Source: Planctomycetaceae bacterium
GTDB taxonomy: Bacteria > Planctomycetota > Planctomycetia > Pirellulales > UBA1268
DNA: 64,000 nucleotides
Assembly: GCA_947459185.1 (NCBI GenBank)
Contig: CANHCU010000002.1
Location: 21,408 to 85,407 of the forward strand
Reading direction: 5' to 3'
Shown here: piece after piece, positions 9,610 to 20,020 of the stretch
Numbering within the stretch: the first letter of the stretch is position 1
How the letters are laid out: every line of letters starts with the position of its first letter
Program-made: the position numbers and the translations under genes
Notes under the pieces: model-generated
What the model was told of the DNA's origin: nothing
Seen by the model: the letters and a program-made list of their open reading frames with translations, nothing else
Databases searched by the model: none

Positions 9610-9715
9610 CGTGGCTGGTTTGACGCAACCGGTTTGACGCATCTGGGTCCGCGGGCTACAACGTGACAAATGTTCACGTCCGAAGCCTGAGCGTTCCTCG
9701 CCACCGTCGTGCTCC

Positions 9716-10855
9716 ATGTCGTCTCGTTCCATGTCCCCCGACGATCTCCGCAGCCATATCCGCCTCGCCTGCGTGCCGGGCATCGGCTCCCGCCTGCGGC
9801 GGCTGTTGCTTGAACGGTTCGGCACGCCCGAGGGTGTGTTCGCGGCCAGCCCCGCCGAGATCGCCTCAGTCGGCCGGATCAGCCGCAAGCTCGCCGCGGC
9901 CCTGCCCACACTCGCCGACGATCCCACCGCCGACGACGTGATTGCCCTCTGCAGGAGACGGTCGGTCGACATCCTCCTCGAGGGCCGGGATGCGTATCCG
10001 TCGCTCCTGTCGCGAATCGATGACCCTCCCGGCCTGCTCTTCGTTCGCGGCACACTCCTCCCGCAAGACTCGCTCTCGGTGGCCATCGTCGGCGCCCGGC
10101 ATGCCACGGCCTATGGGCTCAAGGTCGCCGAGCAGTTCGGTGCCGGCCTCGCCCGGGCTGGATATACGGTCGTCAGCGGACTAGCGCGGGGTATCGACGC
10201 CGCCGCTCATCGCGGGGCGATCAAGGCGGGCGGCCGGACGATCGCCGTGCTCGGTAGTGGCGTGCTCAACGTCTATCCCCCAGAGCATGCCGACCTGGCC
10301 TGCGAGGTGATCGACTCGGGTGCCCTGATCAGCGAACTACCCCCGCTGACAGACCCCAACGCGGGCACGTTTCCGCAGCGGAACCGGATCGTGTCGGGGC
10401 TCTCGCTGGGGGTGGTGGTCGTGCAGGCCGCGGACCGTTCGGGAGCGCTGATCACAGCCCGGCTCGCGACGGAACAGGGCCGGGAGGTCTTCGCGGTGCC
10501 GGGGCCGATCGACTGCCGGATGTCGCGGGGCTGCCACGGATTGATCCGCGATGGCGCCAAGCTCGTCGCGAGCGTGGACGACATCCTGGAGGAGTTCGGG
10601 CCGCTCTTCGAGACCGTCACGACCGCCGACGGCCGCGCCGTGAAGAGTGCGGCGGAATTGCAACTTGGCGACGTCGAACAGCGGGTGCTGGATGCCTACG
10701 ACGCATTGGCCGAAGGGGAATCGAAGCCTGTGATCATCGACGAGATCGTCAACTCGAGCGGCCTCGTCGCCTCGCAGGTGCTGGCCACGATCGGCGTCCT
10801 CGAAATGCGGCGGCTGATCCGGCGGCTGCCGGGCAACCAGGTTGCCCGGGCTTGA
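9716..10855 (+). CDS. dprA: DNA-processing protein DprA
   Basis: VAIVGAR, VVSGLARGIDAAAH, FPQRNRIVSGLS, SGALITA, GREVFAVPG, LIRDGAKLV. Confidence 0.95.
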   Translation: MSSRSMSPDDLRSHIRLACVPGIGSRLRRLLLERFGTPEGVFAASPAEIASVGRISRKLAAALPTLADDPTADDVIALCRRRSVDILLEGRDAYPSLLSRIDDPPGLLFVRGTLLPQDSLSVAIVGARHATAYGLKVAEQFGAGLARAGYTVVSGLARGIDAAAHRGAIKAGGRTIAVLGSGVLNVYPPEHADLACEVIDSGALISELPPLTDPNAGTFPQRNRIVSGLSLGVVVVQAADRSGALITARLATEQGREVFAVPGPIDCRMSRGCHGLIRDGAKLVASVDDILEEFGPLFETVTTADGRAVKSAAELQLGDVEQRVLDAYDALAEGESKPVIIDEIVNSSGLVASQVLATIGVLEMRRLIRRLPGNQVARA

Positions 10856-10920
10856 CTCCCGCGAAACATTCTCGCAGCCCGCCCGCCCTGGCGCCAATAA
10901 CGCCGCCGGTAGACATCAAC

Positions 10921-11127
10921 GGATTCCCTCGCTGGCACGTCGGGCTTGCATGGGAACGAGGCGAGGGTGGCTCCCTCCTCATCCAAGCCCGCAGCGCAAG
11001 CAAGGGAATGCGGGGAGCGTAATGGGAATGCCGCACGGATTCCTCTCGCTCGCGCTTCGGGCTTGTATGGGAGCGGGGCGGCGGTGACGCGCAGAACATC
11101 CAAGCCTCCACCGCAAGCTAGGGAATG
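10921..11127. repeat. BIME-like cluster of four alternating family-1 REP palindromes
   Basis: Copies at 10921-10955 (-), 10981-11010 (+), 11037-11072 (-), 11098-11127 (+); core about AAGCCCG(A/C)AGCGC(G/A)AGC(G/A)AGGGAAT. Confidence 0.85.
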
Positions 11128-11196
11128 CGGCCTCTTCTGAGCACTATGGCGCGTGTCTCCTTCTCGTCGCGGGACGAGAAGCGTAGACTCGAGACC

Positions 11197-12325
11197 ATGG
11201 ACACAGCGCTTTTCAACCGATCCGAAACCATCCGGGCCCGACTGCTTCAGCTGCGGGACTCTCTTTGACTGGGAGGGACGCAAGGCATCCGCGACCCGCC
11301 TGGAAGACGCGATGGGGCAGGCTGATTTCTGGAACGACACGGGCAAGGCACAGGCCACCGTCGCCCAGCTGAAAACCCTCAACACGCTGCTGAAGCCGCT
11401 CGACGAATCGTTGGCAGTCGGTCGCGATCTCGAGGCGTTGGAAGAACTGGCCCGCGAAGACATCTCGCTCGAAGGCGAACTCAAGCAGGAGACGGACCGG
11501 CTCGAGAAGCTCGTGGACAGCCTCGAACTCGCCTCACTCCTTTCCGGCCCGCACGACTCGAGCGATGCACTCGTCTCGATCCACGCCCGGGACGGCGGCA
11601 CCGACGCCAACGACTGGGCCGAGATGATGCTGCGGATGTATTCGGCCTGGGCCGGCAAGCATGACTACACCGTCGAACTGCTCGACCGGCAGGACGACGC
11701 GGTAGCCGGCATCCAGAGCGCCACCGTCGCGATCCGCGGCCCGTGGGCCTACGGCTATCTCAAGGGGGAGATGGGCATTCACCGGCTCGTGCGAATTAGC
11801 CCGTTCAACTCCGAGGGCAAGCGACAGACAAGCTTTGCAGCGGTCGACGTCTCCCCAGAGATCGCCGACGACGACACCGAAGTGGAAATCCGCGACGAAG
11901 ACATCCGCGAGGACGTCTTCCGGGCCAGCGGCGCCGGCGGTCAGCACGTCAACAAGACCTCCAGCGCCATCCGCCTTACACACTTCCCCACGGGCATCGT
12001 CGTGCAATGCCAGAGCGAAAGGAGCCAGCACAAAAATCGCGCCACGGCGATCAAGATGCTCCGCGCCCGAATCGCCCGGATGCAGGAGGAAAAGCGGGAG
12101 GCCGACCAACTGGCTCGGTACAAACTGCAGCCGAAGACGGGATTCGGATCCCAGATCCGCAACTACTTCCTGCACCCCGACCAGCGGGTCAAAGACCAGC
12201 GAACGGGCCATTACGTCGGCAACTTCCAGAGCGTGCTCGACGGCAACCTCGACGGCTTCTTCGACGCCTACCTGAGGTGGAAGGCGTCGGGATCGGCCCC
12301 GCAGGCCGCTGGCGACGATTCCTGA
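11197..12325 (+). CDS. prfB: Peptide chain release factor 2 with programmed +1 frameshift at 11263-11269
   Basis: ATG 11197 reads MDTALFNRSETIRARLLQLRDSL, then CTT TGA C. The +1 frame continues DWEGR...; SPF tripeptide and GAGGQHVN (GGQ) are present. Confidence 0.95.
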
Positions 12326-12478
12326 CGCCTGCCCGGAAGCCCTGACGCCTGCGTCGTCCCGTCCGCGGCTGGACTGTTTCCGGGGCCTGGATTACGATAT
12401 TTCCTGGATGCGGGCGGTTTGCAACCGTGTGCGCACGGTTTCAAACACGGTTTGGCGGAAGGATACTCAAGGATATTC

Positions 12479-12700
12479 ATGGCGGAAAAAGAACAGGCTC
12501 TCGAAGTGGAAGGGGTCGTCACCCAGGCCCTCGCCAACACGCGGTTCCGCGTGCAGATCACCGGCGGCCACATCGTCAACGCTCACGTCGCGGGCAAGAT
12601 GCGGAAAAACTTCATCCGTATCGTGCCGGGAGACAAAGTGAAGGTCGAACTCTCCCCCTACGACCTCACCAAGGGCCGTATCACGTTCCGCGAACGGTAA
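12479..12700 (+). CDS. infA: Translation initiation factor IF-1
   Basis: [14 protein letters not shown]...[37 protein letters not shown]. Confidence 0.97.
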   Translation: MAEKEQALEVEGVVTQALANTRFRVQITGGHIVNAHVAGKMRKNFIRIVPGDKVKVELSPYDLTKGRITFRER

Positions 12701-12743
12701 ACCGGCGCTACCCAAGCACCCGACGCCGTCCAAGCCCCCTTCC

Positions 12744-12891
12744 ATCCAAGCCCGCAGCGCAAGCAAGGGACTTCGGGGGGCCTTATCTCTCGGACGCACC
12801 ACGCGGTTTCCCCCGCTCGCGCGTCGGGCTTGCATGGGAATGCGAGGGCGGCTTCCTTGCTCATCCAAGCCCGCAGCGCAAGCAAGGGACT
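12744..12891. repeat. BIME-like cluster of three family-1 REPs between convergent infA and tex
   Basis: 12744-12772 (+), 12805-12839 (-), 12863-12891 (+); the linker GCGAGGGCGGCTTCC resembles GCGAGGGTGGCTCCC at about 10961. Confidence 0.85.
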
Positions 12892-12908
12892 TGCGAGACT
12901 GAACCGCT

Positions 12909-15545
12909 TCACCCCGTCACTTCGCCGCCGGCCTCCGGCTCGGTCGTCGGAGAATCCTCGCGGGTCGTGAAGAACTGCTTCAGGTCGCCAAAGGTTCGCA
13001 GCGGTTCCTTGCCTTCCTTCATCTTCTTGGTCAATGGCTTGGCGACCTTCTCCGCGGTCGCGACGTACACCCGCGGCCCCTGCTCCCGCTGCGGAGGCCG
13101 TCCGCGTCCACCACCCTGCGGGCGTCTGCCGCCCTGCGGTCGTCCACCCCCCTGCGGTCGATCGGCCCGCGGTTCGGCCTGCGTGGCACCGCCACCGTTG
13201 GCGGTTGGCACACCGGCAGCCGGAACTCGTGGCGGACGGGCCCGTCTGCCTTCCGAACGGTTTTGATCGCGTCCGCGACCCTGCGATCGACCTTGCTCCT
13301 GTCCGTCGTCCTGCCCGTTTCCCTGTCGCTGTCCACCATTTTGCCGGCCCGTGCCTGGCTTGATCATCGTGAGCGCCACGCGGCGACGGCCCTTGTCGAT
13401 CTCCCGAACCCACACTCGGACGACCTGGCCGACACTCACCACGTCGTGCGGGTCGCGAACGTAGTCATTGGAGAGATGACTGATGTGGACGAGCCCGCTG
13501 TCATGGAGGCCGATGTCCACAAAGGCGCCAAAGTCCACGACATTGAGCACCGAGCCCAGCAGTTCCATGCCGGGCTGCAGATCCTCGAGCTTGAGCACAC
13601 CCTTTTTGAAAAATGGCTTGGGGAGATCCTCGCGGGGATCGCGGCCAGGCCGCGCCAACTGCTCCACGATGTCGGCCAGCAGCAGCCGCCCGACGCCCAA
13701 TTCGCCTGAGAGCGTCTCGAGATCGAGGGCGGCCGCACGATCCGCAAGCGACTCCGTCTGCTGTCGCCCGGCGAGATCCTCCGGTGATCCGCCCAGCCGC
13801 TCCAGCACCTTGGCGGCCACCTCGTAGCTCTCTGGATGAATCCATGTCGAGTCGAGCGGCTCGACCCCGCCGGTGATTTTGAGAAAGCCGACCGACTGCA
13901 CGAACGCCGCTTCACCGAAGCCTGGCACCTCGAGCAGCTGCCGACGGGAGGTAAACGGACCGTTCTTGGCCCGCCATTCGTGCAGGTTGCGAGCCGTGGT
14001 CTGATTGAGGCCCGACACGTAGCGGAGCAGCGCGGGGCTGGCCGTATTCACGTCCACGCCCACGTAGTTCACGCAACTCTCCACGACCGCGTCGAGCGAC
14101 GCATGGAGGTGCCGGGCCTTGACGTCGTGCTGATAGAGGCCGACGCCGATATTGGCCGGCTCGATCTTCACCAGTTCCGAGAGCGGATCCTGCAGCCGCC
14201 GGCCGATCGAGATCGCTCCGCGGACCGCGGCCTCGTGGCCGGGAAGTTCCTCACGGGCATAGCCGCTGGTCGAATAGACGCTCGCGCCTGCTTCGTTGAC
14301 GATCACGTAGGCGACGTCGAGTTCCTGAAGCCGACCTGTCACCAGTTCGGCCACGAGTGTCTCGGTCTCCCGACCCGCCGTACCGTTGCCGATGGCCACG
14401 ACGGTGCACGCATGCGTCGTGGCCATTTCGACGATCTTCTCGGCGGCGGCGGCCCGCTTCTCCGCCTTGCCAATGATGTGGAGCACCGCGTGCTCGAGCG
14501 GATTCCCGCACTCATCGATTGCCACCGCCTTGCATCCACTCTTGAAACCGGGATCGAGCGCCAGCACGCGGCGGCCAGCCACCGGAGGCTGCAGGAGCAG
14601 GTTGCGGAGGTTCCGGGCAAACACCTCGACGGCGTGAGATTCGCAGTAGTCGGTCATCTCCCGGCGGAGTTCGCGTTCGAGGCTCGGCAACACCAGCCGG
14701 GCGAGCGCATCGCCGACGCAGCCCTTGAGAAATTCAGCATGCGGATGGCCCGCAGGGACCAGCACCTCCTCGGCGGCCGCCTGCATCTCAGCGACGGGGC
14801 CGTCGATCCTGACCTTCAGGAGCTTGGCCCGCTCGCCCCGGTTGATCGCGAGGACGCGATGCGGCGGCACCCGCTGAACATGCTCGGCGTAGTCGAAGAA
14901 GTCGCGAAAATGCTTCTCGTCCTTCGACTGTGCCTTGCCCTGGCTCTCGACCCGCTGGCTGGTGAAGCGGGCCTGACGGTGCAGGATGCCTCGCAGCCGC
15001 TGCCGCACGTCGGCGTGTTCGCTGAAGTCATCGGCGATGATGTGCCCGACGCCGAGCAGCACGTCGGCGACGCTCGTCACCTGGGAATCCGGATCGAGGA
15101 AGTCGGCAGCACGTCTGTCGAGATCGGCGGCGGCTGGATCAGCCGCGATGATTTCTCGCGCCAACGGCTCGAGCCGTCTCTGCCTGGCGATCTCGGCCAG
15201 CGAGAGCTTGCGGGGCTTGAACGGGAGATAGAGATCTTCGAGTTGCTTGGAACTCCCAGCCGCGGCGATCCGGGACTCCAGCTCCGGGGTCAGCTTTCCC
15301 TGTCCCTGGATGGTTCGCAGTATGGTCTGCTTCCGATCGGCGAGTTGGCGGGCGCGGCCCACGCTTTCGGCGATCAGCCGAATACCGATCTCGTCGAGTC
15401 CGCCGGTCTGATCGCGACGGTAGCGGGTGATGAAGGGAACGGTGTTCCCCTCGTCCAGCAGGCGCACAGCCACCTCGACCGCCGCTACCGGCAACCCGAG
15501 TCGCTGGGCAATCGGCCCCAGATCGATGAGCGTTGTGGATCCCAT
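12909..15545 (-). CDS. tex: Tex family RNA-binding transcriptional accessory protein (YqgF, HhH, S1 domains)
   Basis: LLDEGNTVPFITRYRR, LEDLYLPFKP, LALDPGFKSGCK, VNEAGASVYS, RRLQDPLSELVKI, S1 domain FGAFVDIG; low-complexity C-terminal tail. Confidence 0.93.
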   Translation of the reverse strand: MGSTTLIDLGPIAQRLGLPVAAVEVAVRLLDEGNTVPFITRYRRDQTGGLDEIGIRLIAESVGRARQLADRKQTILRTIQGQGKLTPELESRIAAAGSSKQLEDLYLPFKPRKLSLAEIARQRRLEPLAREIIAADPAAADLDRRAADFLDPDSQVTSVADVLLGVGHIIADDFSEHADVRQRLRGILHRQARFTSQRVESQGKAQSKDEKHFRDFFDYAEHVQRVPPHRVLAINRGERAKLLKVRIDGPVAEMQAAAEEVLVPAGHPHAEFLKGCVGDALARLVLPSLERELRREMTDYCESHAVEVFARNLRNLLLQPPVAGRRVLALDPGFKSGCKAVAIDECGNPLEHAVLHIIGKAEKRAAAAEKIVEMATTHACTVVAIGNGTAGRETETLVAELVTGRLQELDVAYVIVNEAGASVYSTSGYAREELPGHEAAVRGAISIGRRLQDPLSELVKIEPANIGVGLYQHDVKARHLHASLDAVVESCVNYVGVDVNTASPALLRYVSGLNQTTARNLHEWRAKNGPFTSRRQLLEVPGFGEAAFVQSVGFLKITGGVEPLDSTWIHPESYEVAAKVLERLGGSPEDLAGRQQTESLADRAAALDLETLSGELGVGRLLLADIVEQLARPGRDPREDLPKPFFKKGVLKLEDLQPGMELLGSVLNVVDFGAFVDIGLHDSGLVHISHLSNDYVRDPHDVVSVGQVVRVWVREIDKGRRRVALTMIKPGTGRQNGGQRQGNGQDDGQEQGRSQGRGRDQNRSEGRRARPPRVPAAGVPTANGGGATQAEPRADRPQGGGRPQGGRRPQGGGRGRPPQREQGPRVYVATAEKVAKPLTKKMKEGKEPLRTFGDLKQFFTTREDSPTTEPEAGGEVTG

Positions 15546-15960
15546 CCAACCGGCAGTTGCATGTGCACCGAGTACACCGCAGACCGCTTCACTCCACATT
15601 TCCCTCGCCGTCCCATGCGTGCACGCACGGATCTATCAACGAGACTTACCAACGCCAAAAATCTATTGGCTACTCGGGGCAGGTGTCAAATTTGGAGGGT
15701 TGCCAGAATTCCCCCCAGACCTCCCCGCCCCCCCGAAATCATGCCGCGTCCCCTGCCCTTGACGCGGGTTCGGACTGTTTCCTATTCCCCCCGCCGGCAA
15801 ACAAAGGCCCCGGGGCACGTGCCCTGGGAAATGGTGGCCGCACTTTGGCTGTAGTGGATGTGGCAATTGTGACGATCTCGACGTTTGAGCGTGGTGCGGC
15901 AGCGGAATCGCCTGCCTGCCAAGATGCCATCGCGCTGCCGGCCCAGGAGATCAGCCCATC

Positions 15961-17289
15961 ATGACCCGTCCCACCGCCTCGTCCACGCCCGCCCGCAGCC
16001 AGGTCACGCCCACCGCTCCCGATCGCGGTGCCGACGCCAACTTCCTGCCCGCCGTGCCCCTGCTGGCACTCGATCGTCAGTATGCCGTGCTCCGCGATGA
16101 GATCCGCGGCGCGCTCGACCGCGTCTGCGATTCCGGGAAGTTCGTACTCGGCCCCGACGTGCACGAACTGGAAGCCGAACTCGCCCGGTCGCTCAGGGTG
16201 CCTCATGTGATCTCGTGTGCCTCCGGCAGCGACGCTCTGCTTTTGGCGCTCATGGCCCTCGACATCAAGACGGGCGACGAGGTGATCCTGCCGAGTTACA
16301 CCTTCTTCGCCACTGCCAGTGCCGTCACGCGACTCGGCGCGGTGCCGATCTTCGCCGACATCGACCCGATCACGTATCTGATCGACCCCGCCGACGTGAA
16401 GAAAAAGATCAGCAAGCGAACGAAGGCCATCGTCCCGGTCCATCTCTTCGGTCGCACCGCAGACATGGACGCACTGCTGCCGATCGCTCAGGCCGCAGGA
16501 CTGCCGGTCGTCGAGGACGCGGCCCAGTCGATCCTCTCGACATGGCACGGCCACTGCACCGGAGCGCTCGGCGACGTTGGCTGCTTCAGCTTCTACCCCA
16601 CGAAAAACCTCGGCGGCGTCGGTGATGGTGGCTTCCTCACGACCACCCGCGATGACATCGCGGCGAGGCTCAAGCTCCTCCGTGTTCACGGCATGGAGCC
16701 GCGGTACTACCACCAGATCGTCGGCATCAACAGCCGCCTCGACTCGCTGCAGGCCGCGGTGCTCCGCGTGAAACTGCCGCACCTCGATGCCTGGACCACC
16801 GCACGTCAGGTCAATGCCGCCCGCTACCAGGACCTCTTCGCCGAGTACGACCTGGCCGGCCACGTGGCGGTGCCCGGCGACGAGACCCGCGGCCGGCATG
16901 TCTGGAATCAGTTCGTCATCCGGGCGTCGGGTGGCCATCGCGACGCCCTGCGGAAACACCTCGCCGCGCGCGGTGTCGGTACCGAGATCTACTATCCCGT
17001 TCCGCTTCACATGCAGCAGTGCTTCGAATACCTCGGCTGGCAGAAGGGCGACCTGCCCCAGACGGAACTTGCCGCCGAAGAGACGCTGGCCCTGCCGATC
17101 TTCCCGGAACTCACGGTCGACGAGCAGCGGACGGTGGTCGGCCGGATTGCCGAGTTCTTCCACGCTCCGCAGGTCGAGCGGACGACGGACGACATCCGCC
17201 GCACCCACCAACCCGCAGCCGTCGTCGAAGAACCACATTTCGTGCGTCGCATGAACGCCGTCGGCAGAGCCGACGACGTGCGGTGTTGA
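15961..17289 (+). CDS. DegT/DnrJ/EryC1/StrS PLP-dependent aminotransferase
   Basis: SGSDALLLAL, VEDAAQS, FSFYPTKNLGGVGDGG, NSRLDSLQAA. Confidence 0.93.
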   Translation: MTRPTASSTPARSQVTPTAPDRGADANFLPAVPLLALDRQYAVLRDEIRGALDRVCDSGKFVLGPDVHELEAELARSLRVPHVISCASGSDALLLALMALDIKTGDEVILPSYTFFATASAVTRLGAVPIFADIDPITYLIDPADVKKKISKRTKAIVPVHLFGRTADMDALLPIAQAAGLPVVEDAAQSILSTWHGHCTGALGDVGCFSFYPTKNLGGVGDGGFLTTTRDDIAARLKLLRVHGMEPRYYHQIVGINSRLDSLQAAVLRVKLPHLDAWTTARQVNAARYQDLFAEYDLAGHVAVPGDETRGRHVWNQFVIRASGGHRDALRKHLAARGVGTEIYYPVPLHMQQCFEYLGWQKGDLPQTELAAEETLALPIFPELTVDEQRTVVGRIAEFFHAPQVERTTDDIRRTHQPAAVVEEPHFVRRMNAVGRADDVRC

Positions 17290-17305
17290 ATACTGGCCGC
17301 ACCGC

Positions 17306-17728
17306 CTACTTGGCGGCCGTCTTGGTAGCCGCGCTCCACTTCGGACGGCAGATGATGAACGTGCCGAGGCCGATCGCGAGCAGCATCAGCGCGTAGCTCG
17401 GGCCGTATTTCATCAACGTGTTCGTACCGCCCGCCGCAGAGGCCCCGGTCGCCGGCGCGGCGGCTGCGGCCGGGGCGCCACCGGCAGGAGCGTTCGCAGG
17501 ATTTTCCGCCACATTCGCCCCCGGCACGTTCGCCGCGGGGTTCACCGGCTTGGCGGCCTTGTCGAGCGGAGGGGCAACCAGCGCAGCCCCCGCCTGGGCC
17601 AGCAGCGGGGTCGCATTCGCCCAGGTGGCCGGCCCGACCGTTGCAAGAATCGCGATCGCGGCACCGATGCGGCGAACGCCGACGGAAGCACACACGGCCA
17701 CGATCGTTTGTGAAGCCCCCAGTGCCAT
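17306..17728 (-). CDS. Hypothetical exported protein with Ala/Pro-rich linker and C-terminal TM anchor
   Basis: ATG 17728 MALGASQ...; N-terminal hydrophobic stretch; C-terminal SYALMLLAIGLGTFIICRPK. Confidence 0.55.
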   Translation of the reverse strand: MALGASQTIVAVCASVGVRRIGAAIAILATVGPATWANATPLLAQAGAALVAPPLDKAAKPVNPAANVPGANVAENPANAPAGGAPAAAAAPATGASAAGGTNTLMKYGPSYALMLLAIGLGTFIICRPKWSAATKTAAK

Positions 17729-17891
17729 TGCTACCCTTCTCCGGAACGGAAACACGTGCCTTTCCCTGCCACGGCACTCTACCAAGCAACCGTCCCTTCG
17801 GCGAGGTACATTGCCGGGGTGTCTGGACGTCGCCACATCCCCGACCCCACGGTGGGGCCCGGATACCGCGACGACAACCGATGGATTCTCC

Positions 17892-19043
17892 ATGGCCCCG
17901 AAAACGAAACGAGCCCCAAAGTCAGCCGGCACCGCCGTAGCCAAGCTCCCGCCGGTTGACGTGAAGACCCGTGGTCTGATCATCAACCTGGCCGACGAGG
18001 TCGCCACGGCCGCCGAGAAGCGCCGCGACCCGCACCTGGAAATCCCCACCCGCAGCCTCTCGAACGTCCGCTTCAACAAGTCGCAGAAGATCATCGAGAT
18101 GGGGGGCCAGACCAACCGTCGGCAACTCTTCAACCTCTCGCAGGCCAAGAGCTACATGCAGACCCTGCTGGTGGCCACCGGCTGCAAGCAGCTCATCGAG
18201 CAGCAGAAGACCACCAGCATCCGAGGTCTCTACTATCTGCTCAAGCACACGATCGAAGGCACCCGCGAGGAGACCTTCGCCACCCAGGAGGAGTGCGACC
18301 CGATCATCGAGGATCTGGAGGTCACACTCGAGAGCCTGCGCGAGGAACTGCACGTCTACGCGAGCAACCGCGGCGGCATGGTGGGACCGATCACGCTCAT
18401 CGACTCTGGCGACGAGATCGACTGTTCCCGCATGGGCTCTGGCGGCTACAGCATTCCCTCGATCGTCGAGGCCGACATCGTGAAGTTCAAGTCGTGTGAT
18501 GCGAAGTTCATCCTGCACGTCGAAAAAGACACGGTCTGGCGCCGGTTCAACGAGGACAAGTTCTGGCGGAAGCACAACTGCCTGCTCACGCACGGCGGCG
18601 GCCAGCCGCCCCGCGGCGTGCGGCGGATGCTCTACCGGCTCCACCATGAATTGAAGCTCCCCGTCTACTGCCTGCTCGACAACGACCCCTGGGGCTACTA
18701 CATCTACTCAGTGCTCAAGCAGGGCTCGATCAACCTGGCCTACGAGTCGAAACGGATGGCGATCCCCGAGGCGAAGTTCCTGGGCATCCGGTCCCGAGAC
18801 TACGAACGCTGCAAGCTCAGCCAGAGCGTGCAGATCGCCCTCAACGACACCGACGTCAAGCGGGCCAAGCAGATCGCCGCCTACCCGTGGTTCGCGGAGA
18901 AGAAGGGCTGGCAGAAGGAGATCGAGACGATGCTGAAGAACGGCTTCAAGCTCGAAGTCGAGTCGCTGATCTCGAAGGACATCAGCTACGTGACCGACGT
19001 CTACACGCCCGAACGGCTCGAAGAGCGGGACTGGCTGGATTGA
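17892..19043 (+). CDS. top6A: DNA topoisomerase VI subunit A (Spo11/Top6A family)
   Basis: Winged-helix TTSIRGLYY (catalytic Tyr region); Toprim VEKD and LLDNDPWGYYI (DxD); GGGQPPRGVRR. Confidence 0.9.
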   Translation: MAPKTKRAPKSAGTAVAKLPPVDVKTRGLIINLADEVATAAEKRRDPHLEIPTRSLSNVRFNKSQKIIEMGGQTNRRQLFNLSQAKSYMQTLLVATGCKQLIEQQKTTSIRGLYYLLKHTIEGTREETFATQEECDPIIEDLEVTLESLREELHVYASNRGGMVGPITLIDSGDEIDCSRMGSGGYSIPSIVEADIVKFKSCDAKFILHVEKDTVWRRFNEDKFWRKHNCLLTHGGGQPPRGVRRMLYRLHHELKLPVYCLLDNDPWGYYIYSVLKQGSINLAYESKRMAIPEAKFLGIRSRDYERCKLSQSVQIALNDTDVKRAKQIAAYPWFAEKKGWQKEIETMLKNGFKLEVESLISKDISYVTDVYTPERLEERDWLD

Positions 19044-19129
19044 CTTCACACAAAACACGAGATTCTGTCGCCATGAAAGGCGGATACCTGGCCTCAGTCA
19101 GTTTCTTGGTGGGCCTCCGCCCGCTGGTG

Positions 19130-20020
19130 CTAAGCCGGGCCTCCGGCCCTGGCGCCGGGTGAAGCATCACGAGCCGACCGTCGCTTGGCGAAAGCCACGC
19201 GGATCCGACGCGCCACCCGCCGGATCGGTAATATCGCTATTTCGCCGGCGGTCGTCAGGCAGAGCCCGGGCCAGCCGGTTGGTCGGCGACGGCGAAGTTC
19301 GCGAAGACAACGAAGCCGCAGTGCGAACTCGTCGCGATACCGCCACGATGCCGTCATCGTTGCGCCGGTCCGCAGCCAGTGCTTTTCGTAGAGCACCTGC
19401 GGCACACGCACAAATTCCCCTTCCATCGCCATGTCGATGAGCCAGATCCAATCCGCCGAAAATGCGTCCGGACCGTCGACGAGGAGGCACTCGCGGCAGC
19501 GGAGAGCCGCGCTGGTTCGCATCACCCCGCGGAACGGAATCCACCAACTTCCGCGCATACGAATCAGTGACTGAAGACGTGCGGAGACATCCTGAACGCA
19601 GTCGAGAGCGGTATAGACTCCGGAAAGGGGCACGAAGTCGTTGCTGCCGAAAATCAAATCGCTGTAGGCAAGCACCGCGGACTCGTTGGCCTGCAGGGCA
19701 GCGACCAACTCGGAGAGGTATGTCGGCCGCACAACGTCGTCATGGAATGCAAAACACACAAAAGGCGTGCGGACATCGGCCACCAACGCGGCGTAGTTAC
19801 GGCACCATCCCAGGTTTCGTTCGCGGCGCACCAGCCGAAATCGAGGATCGTCACCAACAATGGACTGGCACCGTGCGAAGGTGCCGTCAGTCGAAGCGTC
19901 GTCGGCCACCACGAACTCGACGGGCTCATGGGTCTGGGCCATGAGGCCACGCAGCGTTCGCTCCACGAAGTCCGCGGCGTTCCACGTGCCCAGACAACAG
20001 GTTACGCGCGGGTGCTCCAT
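19130..20020 (-). CDS. Glycosyltransferase family 2
   Basis: VVADDASTDGT, RNLG, FHDD; TGATG overlap with the upstream gene. Confidence 0.85.
   Translation of the reverse strand: MEHPRVTCCLGTWNAADFVERTLRGLMAQTHEPVEFVVADDASTDGTFARCQSIVGDDPRFRLVRRERNLGWCRNYAALVADVRTPFVCFAFHDDVVRPTYLSELVAALQANESAVLAYSDLIFGSNDFVPLSGVYTALDCVQDVSARLQSLIRMRGSWWIPFRGVMRTSAALRCRECLLVDGPDAFSADWIWLIDMAMEGEFVRVPQVLYEKHWLRTGATMTASWRYRDEFALRLRCLRELRRRRPTGWPGLCLTTAGEIAILPIRRVARRIRVAFAKRRSARDASPGARAGGPA

Noticed and set aside
11153-11196. ORF-track start for RF2
   Set aside because: The true start is ATG 11197 in another frame, joined by the CTT TGA C frameshift; not a pseudogene.
13100-13160. 18-bp repeats in the tex 3' end
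   Set aside because: They encode RPQGGG low-complexity tail residues, an ordinary disordered region.
13836-15854. Long opposite-strand ORFs (also 24658-26730, 40444-42003, 43293-44765, 15739-17238, 57275-58678)
   Set aside because: Antisense shadows of well-supported genes, expected in high-GC DNA; no motifs.
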